A DNA stretch of 32,244 nucleotides from the IMG/VR virus record IMGVR_UViG_3300046103_001452, positions 1 through 32,244 of that record. One strand, given 5' to 3'. This stretch comes from a virus. Its lineage: Duplodnaviria > Caudoviricetes. The translations under genes and the position numbers were made by a program. Positions 27,894-32,244 of the stretch are shown piece by piece (positions within the stretch are counted from its first letter, which is position 1; the number at the start of each line of letters is the position of its first letter). A model generated the notes under the pieces. That model was given only the letters and a program-made list of their open reading frames with translations, was not told the DNA's origin and ran no database searches.

Positions 27894-28079
27894 ATGAGAA
27901 TTTATAAAAAGAAACCGTGGAGCAAGAAAGAGAAGGTCACATTGGTTAGTAATTACTATCTCATACCAACAGAGGAAATGTATGCACTACTTCCTGACCG
28001 GACTCCGAATTCAATAAGAAAACAAGTATTATACTTAAAGGCTAAGAGGTGGCCATTCAAACGTGAAAGTAAAAGTTAG
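27894..28079 (+). CDS. small Myb/SANT-like HTH protein, probably leaderless
   Basis: KPWSKKEK..L....Y......MYALLPDRTPNSIRKQ. Confidence 0.7.
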   Translation: MRIYKKKPWSKKEKVTLVSNYYLIPTEEMYALLPDRTPNSIRKQVLYLKAKRWPFKRESKS

Positions 28080-28263
28080 AAATAATAATATAGAGAGCGC
28101 ACTTCGTGTGTTTAAGAAAAGGAGTAGTGAGACAATATTCGAGTACAGAGAACGTCAGTACTATGAAGGCCCCGCTGCAGAACGCCATAGAGCTAAGAAG
28201 GCTGCTAAGACCAGAGAACTCAGACGCCAAGCTCAAGACACACAACCAACAAGGAAATATTAA
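28063..28263 (+). CDS. rpsU: ribosomal protein bS21
   Basis: VKVRNNNIESALRVFKK, EYRERQYYEGPAAERHRAKKAA match the bS21 pattern. Confidence 0.9.
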   Translation: MKVKVRNNNIESALRVFKKRSSETIFEYRERQYYEGPAAERHRAKKAAKTRELRRQAQDTQPTRKY

Positions 28264-28670
28264 TGACACAATTACAGGGAACTAACTTCGAATTGGTCGG
28301 AGACTTTATGGAAGCGATGGATCAGGAGATACAAATCTACCCGGTCTTTCCGGATGAGCATATACAAAATCTCAGAGTTGACCTGATTGAAGAAGAGTTT
28401 GATGAACTTCGGGATGGTATCGAGGCCAAGGACATAGTTGAAGTAGCTGACGCACTTACTGACTTGTTATATGTGATTTACGGAGCAGGGCATGCGTTTG
28501 GAATAGACTTAGACGAGTGCTTCAATGAAGTACACTTGAGTAACATGAGTAAATTAGGGGAAGATGGGAGAGTAATAAAAAGGGAAGATGGTAAGGTTAT
28601 GAAACCTAACACATACTTCCCTCCCGATATTGAAAGTGTACTAGCCACGGCTATTACTCAAGTGTACTAG
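28263..28670 (+). CDS. MazG-like / PRA-PH family NTP pyrophosphohydrolase
   Basis: LIEEEFDEL, EVADALTDLLYVIYG, EVHLSNMSK, REDGKVMK. Confidence 0.9.
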   Translation: MTQLQGTNFELVGDFMEAMDQEIQIYPVFPDEHIQNLRVDLIEEEFDELRDGIEAKDIVEVADALTDLLYVIYGAGHAFGIDLDECFNEVHLSNMSKLGEDGRVIKREDGKVMKPNTYFPPDIESVLATAITQVY

Positions 28671-29119
28671 CCGTCTGAATAGAATATGTGATCGCCTATT
28701 ACCGCTGTGCGGTGGTAGGCGGAGGCCCAGTACGGTTTCACTTTATAACTATGATACCAATAAGTGTCTGAGGGCACAGTATCAGCTACTCGCTTCGAGA
28801 GTGCAATGTATGCTATAGTAACACATACATTCCAATTGTACTCGTCCCTCGGTTTGTCACTTAGCCCATCACAGAACCAACTGAATTGACATATCCATTG
28901 CTTTCGTACTAGTTTACGTTGTTTTACTACTTCGCAAACTGAGTTCGGCCACCTACGATCCTTTACTCTGTTGAGGGTGACTTCGGCTACCGCATACATC
29001 CCAGTCAATTGTTGATTCCGTGCCTCCCAGTAAATGTTCTTTGCTAGGCAGTCCATCTCGTCTGCTATCACGGGGAAGCTGCACATAAAAATTATTATAG
29101 TACCAATACAATTCCTCAT
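28667..29119 (-). CDS. SleB-like cell wall hydrolase (Hydrolase_2)
   Basis: Signal peptide, CLAKNIYWEAR, VTLNRV, CQFSW, PYWA, IGDHIFY. Confidence 0.93.
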   Translation of the reverse strand: MRNCIGTIIIFMCSFPVIADEMDCLAKNIYWEARNQQLTGMYAVAEVTLNRVKDRRWPNSVCEVVKQRKLVRKQWICQFSWFCDGLSDKPRDEYNWNVCVTIAYIALSKRVADTVPSDTYWYHSYKVKPYWASAYHRTAVIGDHIFYSDG

Positions 29120-29131
29120 CTAAATACTCCA

Positions 29132-29398
29132 TTACTTTTCCGATTTGAAAAACCTCCATAATGTTTCAATATCCCAACTTGGGGTTGCGTTTACTACTAA
29201 TTCTGTTACTCTGCCTGTGTACATGCCTACATAAGGCTCTACACGACGTCGTTCCTTTTCTATGCCAGCCGCGAAGGCGGCTAACTCCTGTGATTCGTAT
29301 ACTCCTACAACGTAGGAGAAGTCGCTGTGTTGATAGCTACCGCTAGCATCACTTTCCTTCATTTCCTGCATCTCTAATAGATATAGTCTACCGCGCAT
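29132..29398 (-). CDS. hypothetical protein (start probably MRGRL, 29398)
   Basis: GAGGG SD; VVGVYESQELA motif. Confidence 0.65.
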   Translation of the reverse strand: MRGRLYLLEMQEMKESDASGSYQHSDFSYVVGVYESQELAAFAAGIEKERRRVEPYVGMYTGRVTELVVNATPSWDIETLWRFFKSEK

Positions 29399-29525
29399 TA
29401 AGAACCCTCGGAGAGTTAGGCTTTCGTGTTGCCCTATAAGTTCCATGGGATACTACTTTACGACCTTGCTTACGTCTTTTGACAGTCTCATCTCGTGTCA
29501 TCTCTCTAATCGCTCTTTTACTCAT
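29388..29525 (-). CDS. small basic peptide, 45 aa (MSKRAIREMTRDETVKRRKQGRKVVSHGTYRATRKPNSPRVLNAR)
   Basis: AGGA SD; fills the gap; stop overlaps the next gene. Confidence 0.65.
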   Translation of the reverse strand: MSKRAIREMTRDETVKRRKQGRKVVSHGTYRATRKPNSPRVLNAR

Positions 29526-29532
29526 AATTTTC

Positions 29533-29721
29533 CTATATTAGATAATCTACTTGGTGTGAATTTGTGGAGGTCTGTAAACCGCCCTTACTGGTATATAGAG
29601 TAACTTCGTATATTGTCTCCACTACTCTACTCTTATTGTCTTCTCCACCCGCATTGTGCACTCTTGTCACAGTTTGGGTGTAACTAGTACTGGTTGGTGA
29701 TACTGGGGCTATCTCACTCAT
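29533..29721 (-). CDS. hypothetical protein (start MSEIAP, 29721)
   Basis: AGGAG SD; start overlaps the upstream stop (ATGAGTGA). Confidence 0.7.
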   Translation of the reverse strand: MSEIAPVSPTSTSYTQTVTRVHNAGGEDNKSRVVETIYEVTLYTSKGGLQTSTNSHQVDYLI

Positions 29722-29851
29722 ACGATCTCCTATGCTTTTGATAGCCATTTTTATCTCTCCGCTTTCTGTCCTGCTCCTTTCTGGAGCGATAAGGCGTACC
29801 CTTCTCAAAGAGAATAAAGTGCGCTCGCGTTTTTTGTCGTTGCTTTTTCAC
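29714..29851 (-). CDS. small basic ArfA-like peptide, 45 aa (MKKQRQKTRAHFILFEKGTPYRSRKEQDRKRRDKNGYQKHRRSYE)
   Basis: Strong TAAGGAG SD plus GTG; not in the ORF track; loose similarity to the ArfA core. Confidence 0.65.
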   Translation of the reverse strand: MKKQRQKTRAHFILFEKGTPYRSRKEQDRKRRDKNGYQKHRRSYE

Positions 29852-29865
29852 TGTATACTCCTTAG

Positions 29866-30141
29866 TTAGTGTACTACTATGTCGTCTTCCAGAAAAACTG
29901 GAAAGGTCTTTACTTCGTCTCTGTGTTCTGATATAGCATCTACAAGACTGTCGTAGTCTTCGCGAGTAAGTGAACTCCTATAGATTTGCAAGGCGAGGGC
30001 AGCAAAGGTTCCGGCTATAACGAGAGGACTAGCATCGTACTTAGTCATTAATCCCGCAGCTAAACCTTGTGCATTGGCCATAAGCTCCTCCATAGTGTCA
30101 CTACTAACTTCTACATTGTCTATTATAAATTTCTTTTTCAT
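29866..30141 (-). CDS. hypothetical protein, probably leaderless (start MKKKF, 30141)
   Basis: The track start (30177) is the TTG of the -35 box; ATG follows TATAAT after 7 nt. Confidence 0.75.
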   Translation of the reverse strand: MKKKFIIDNVEVSSDTMEELMANAQGLAAGLMTKYDASPLVIAGTFAALALQIYRSSLTREDYDSLVDAISEHRDEVKTFPVFLEDDIVVH

Positions 30142-30148
30142 GGGAATT

Positions 30149-30187
30149 ATTATATCGGCTTTTAACATTTCTGTCAAGCACTTTTTT
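30149..30187 (-). promoter_or_regulatory. sigma70-type phage promoter
   Basis: AAAAAAGTGC-TTGACA (30177-30172), 17 nt, TATAAT (30154-30149). Confidence 0.88.
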
Positions 30188-30265
30188 CCGTCTCCTACAT
30201 AGAAATATGAAATTAATTTACGTTAGCTATCACTCGTTCAACAAGGAGAAGTCATATAGGTAACC

Positions 30266-30305
30266 AAAAATAGTACTTTACGGATGCCAAAAAGTGTGAT
30301 AAAAT
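30266..30305 (+). promoter_or_regulatory. variant phage promoter facing non-coding DNA
   Basis: AAAAATAGTAC-TTTACG (30277-30282), 17 nt, TAAAAT (30300-30305); same upstream signature as the other promoters. Confidence 0.7.
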
Positions 30306-30311
30306 AAACAC

Positions 30312-30525
30312 TAAATTGATAAGTAATCAAGTCAAACGACAATTATTACAACCAATGCTGAAGAGAATAGATTGAAATATTTATGCAATTGTAGGGGAAG
30401 CGGAATTAAGGGAGCTTCCTATCTACAAATCCATAAGATTATTGAAGTTTCTATTGAGTCAGCATAATCCCAATATCAATCTACTATAACCGGTAATTAA
30501 CTTTCGACAAATCGTTATGCACCGG
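30312..30525 (+). ncRNA. candidate structured ncRNA (6S-like rod plus 3' hairpin)
   Basis: Nested helices ATTGATA/TATCAAT, ATGCTGA/TCAGCAT, AATAGA/TCTATT, TTATG/CATAA, TTGTAG/CTACAA, GGAAGC/GCTTCC; then a CCGGT/ACCGG hairpin. No sizeable ORF; promoter immediately upstream. Confidence 0.6.
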
Positions 30526-30664
30526 ATAAATCAAATACTTTGCTATATATAAAAAGAACAAACTATCTTTCTGGGAATTCGTCTTAATTATGCCCAACCC
30601 GTCGATAAAAAACCCGCTCTTTACCTTATTCCTTTGGGTTAATTTGGGAAGATTGGGCTTTGTG

Positions 30665-30817
30665 CTAGGACTTGTAGAAGATAGCTGGAAGCAATAGTAG
30701 GATTACTAGAGCAAATAGACCAATGAAGAACTCTTCGAATCCTCCAGAGAATAGTATAGCTGGTGACATAATGAGTACATATATCCACCACATTACTGAT
30801 AGTATAGATCCAATCAC
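30665..30817 (-). CDS. small two-TM peptide, 50 aa (MIGSILSVMWWIYVLIMSPAILFSGGFEEFFIGLFALVILLLLPAIFYKS)
   Basis: GGGAG SD; GTGA overlap with the upstream stop. Confidence 0.7.
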   Translation of the reverse strand: MIGSILSVMWWIYVLIMSPAILFSGGFEEFFIGLFALVILLLLPAIFYKS

Positions 30818-30894
30818 AGTAGTACTCCCATTATAAAGGTTGCAACTGGAAACAGGAAGAAAAGTGATAGTATTAGCACTTCAAATATATTCAT
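30814..30894 (-). CDS. hydrophobic peptide, 26 aa (MNIFEVLILSLFFLFPVATFIMGVLL)
   Basis: ATGA overlap upstream, GTGA overlap downstream. Confidence 0.6.
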   Translation of the reverse strand: MNIFEVLILSLFFLFPVATFIMGVLL

Positions 30895-30995
30895 AGTATT
30901 AAGCTCAATAGTGAACCTACTAAGACTGCTGCTATACAGCCAAAGTAGATTAGGATTACGACTACAAAGAAGCAGTCTAGGAGTTTTTGCCACAT
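30891..30995 (-). CDS. hydrophobic peptide, 34 aa (MWQKLLDCFFVVVILIYFGCIAAVLVGSLLSLIL)
   Basis: Overlaps the end of the MazG-like gene; coupled to the next peptide. Confidence 0.6.
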   Translation of the reverse strand: MWQKLLDCFFVVVILIYFGCIAAVLVGSLLSLIL

Positions 30996-31240
30996 TCACC
31001 GTTCTCGTCAAAGTAGTTTGAGTACTTACTTAATGTTCTCAACTGCTTTCTTTTCATAGACGGGTTATCAATCAATCCTCGCTGCTGTAATAACTCTATA
31101 ACAGCTACCACATCTCCGATCTCCTCTGATAAATGTTGCTTCTCAACCCCGTGGCGACCCCGCTTTAAGACTTTAGAAGCTGCCCTTACTACTTCACCGC
31201 ACTCTTCCATGAGTTTGACGTACAAATTAAACGACTCCAT
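30977..31240 (-). CDS. small MazG-like NTP pyrophosphohydrolase
   Basis: LMEECGEVVRAASK...LSEEIGDV (EExxE...EExxD). Confidence 0.85.
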   Translation of the reverse strand: MESFNLYVKLMEECGEVVRAASKVLKRGRHGVEKQHLSEEIGDVVAVIELLQQRGLIDNPSMKRKQLRTLSKYSNYFDENGECGKNS

Positions 31241-31541
31241 TGATACCCTTTTCCAATAATTTAAGTGTGTTTTTAGGTGCTTTGTCTAATCCAAGGAGTG
31301 TATCCCCGTCGAGACCCAGCGATTCTGCTATACTTGATACAATTTCTACTTTGGTTACAGGGGTCTCACCTGACTTAGTTTTATAGATTTCACGGCGATA
31401 TACTCCCTCTCTGGAGAGTTTACCTATCACCGATTTTATACTCTTATCTAGCTCTTCGGCTAGTTTTTCAACTGTTTCCCTAGTAGGGTCAGCTGTATAC
31501 TCTTGCACCATATACTTGGTACTCAGCTCACTGTAGTTCAT
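31227..31541 (-). CDS. T5 A2/D3-family HTH DNA-binding protein
   Basis: VEKLAEELDKSIKSVIGKLSREGVY and LDKAPKNTL resemble recalled T5 A2/D3. Confidence 0.7.
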   Translation of the reverse strand: MNYSELSTKYMVQEYTADPTRETVEKLAEELDKSIKSVIGKLSREGVYRREIYKTKSGETPVTKVEIVSSIAESLGLDGDTLLGLDKAPKNTLKLLEKGINGVV

Positions 31542-31959
31542 CCATCTTTTTCCTTAAAAAGTTAGTTATAGAATCCATGAACTCAGTTATGTCGTCCACA
31601 GCTTTATCCCCCGTCTTAGGTCTCGCCACAGGGTCTTCCCCAGCCAGTGCTTTCTCATCGTCATCCTCTAAGGCAAACGAAATCTCACTAGTATCGGCAT
31701 CAAAACTTGCTATCACTTTAGTACAATATTCCATAATTCCTAGAGGTAGATTCTCTTCTCCCACAGCCGCAGCATACTTCATTACTAGCATATCATACCG
31801 CTCCTGTAGCTCATTACATTCGGTTTCTAACTGTCTTGAGGCTACATAGTGATCCGTTAGCTGGTCAAACCTCGATAACAGGCTCTCCTGTAGCGTGGTT
31901 ATCTGTTCGGCTAAAACTTCTACTTTCGGTTGAATTGGAAACTCTACTACATTTGACAT
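31528..31959 (-). CDS. hypothetical acidic coiled-coil protein
   Basis: AAGGAG SD; 143 aa. Confidence 0.8.
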   Translation of the reverse strand: MSNVVEFPIQPKVEVLAEQITTLQESLLSRFDQLTDHYVASRQLETECNELQERYDMLVMKYAAAVGEENLPLGIMEYCTKVIASFDADTSEISFALEDDDEKALAGEDPVARPKTGDKAVDDITEFMDSITNFLRKKMDELQ

Positions 31960-32065
31960 CTTTTTCTCCTTTTTTCTGTACAGGTCTTATCCCCGTTTCG
32001 ATAAATATCGTACCTACCTCGCGAAAAGGTGTGGGTACAAAAGGGTGCTTGGTCTTTCTAAGCAT
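31865..32065 (-). CDS. hypothetical protein
   Basis: GAGGAG SD directly after a promoter; 95-nt overlap with the next gene lowers confidence. Confidence 0.5.
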   Translation of the reverse strand: MLRKTKHPFVPTPFREVGTIFIETGIRPVQKKGEKDVKCSRVSNSTESRSFSRTDNHATGEPVIEV

Positions 32066-32097
32066 AAAATTCTCCTCTTAATTTTTTTATCTTGATT

Positions 32098-32136
32098 ATT
32101 ATCTCACGAAATACCATATTTGTCAAGAACTATTTT
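32098..32136 (-). promoter_or_regulatory. sigma70-type phage promoter
   Basis: AAAATAGTTC-TTGACA (32126-32121), 17 nt, GATAAT (32103-32098). Confidence 0.8.
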
Positions 32137-32147
32137 GGCTCACCCAT

Positions 32148-32184
32148 AAAAAAACCACTACTCAATTACTCAAGTAGTGGTTTT
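32148..32184 (-). terminator. intrinsic terminator (possibly bidirectional)
   Basis: AAAACCACTACT/AGTAGTGGTTTT stem with a U-tract on the minus strand. Confidence 0.8.
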
Positions 32185-32244
32185 GGATGGTGTTAATTCG
32201 CCCCTCCTGCGCTCCTTAACTCTGCCTGATACCCGGCAGTCCCT

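Noticed and set aside
28057-28269. 70-aa minus-strand ORF
   Set aside because: Antisense to bS21.
30312-30525. SRP RNA, tRNA, tmRNA or CRISPR identity for the structured region
   Set aside because: No SRP helix-8 GNRA motif, no cloverleaf or T-loop, and no direct-repeat/spacer periodicity.
32193-32244. Possible 3' end of an upstream gene (...GTAGYQAELRSAGGAN*) or a CTGCC/GGCAG hairpin
   Set aside because: Too little sequence at the window edge to support a call.

Overview
This window is the replication/nucleotide-metabolism arm of a T5-like (Demerecviridae-like) lytic phage, probably marine. It is almost all on the minus strand and keeps the T5 gene order: D2, D3, split NAD ligase, D5, D6 helicase, primase, family A DNA polymerase, D10-D15, then nrdA/nrdB. 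It also carries thyX, a DenV-like glycosylase, phoH, a lysis cassette (spanins plus T4-type lysozyme), a SleB-like hydrolase and three NTP-pyrophosphatase-type genes. At least 11 sigma70-type promoters share an AAAATAGTTC-TTGACA-N17-TATAAT-like signature. Notable additions, several absent from the ORF track: (1) a TonB-dependent receptor gene (<1..2128) translationally coupled to the nrdAB operon; (2) intact Fe-S assembly genes iscU and iscA; (3) a translation-related island with ribosomal protein bS21, an ArfA-like peptide and two probable leaderless genes; (4) a promoter-driven, ORF-free, 166-nt rod-shaped RNA candidate resembling 6S RNA (30315-30480); (5) a probable ATA start for the D10 helicase. 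All calls come from reading the sequence and recalled family motifs; no database search was run.
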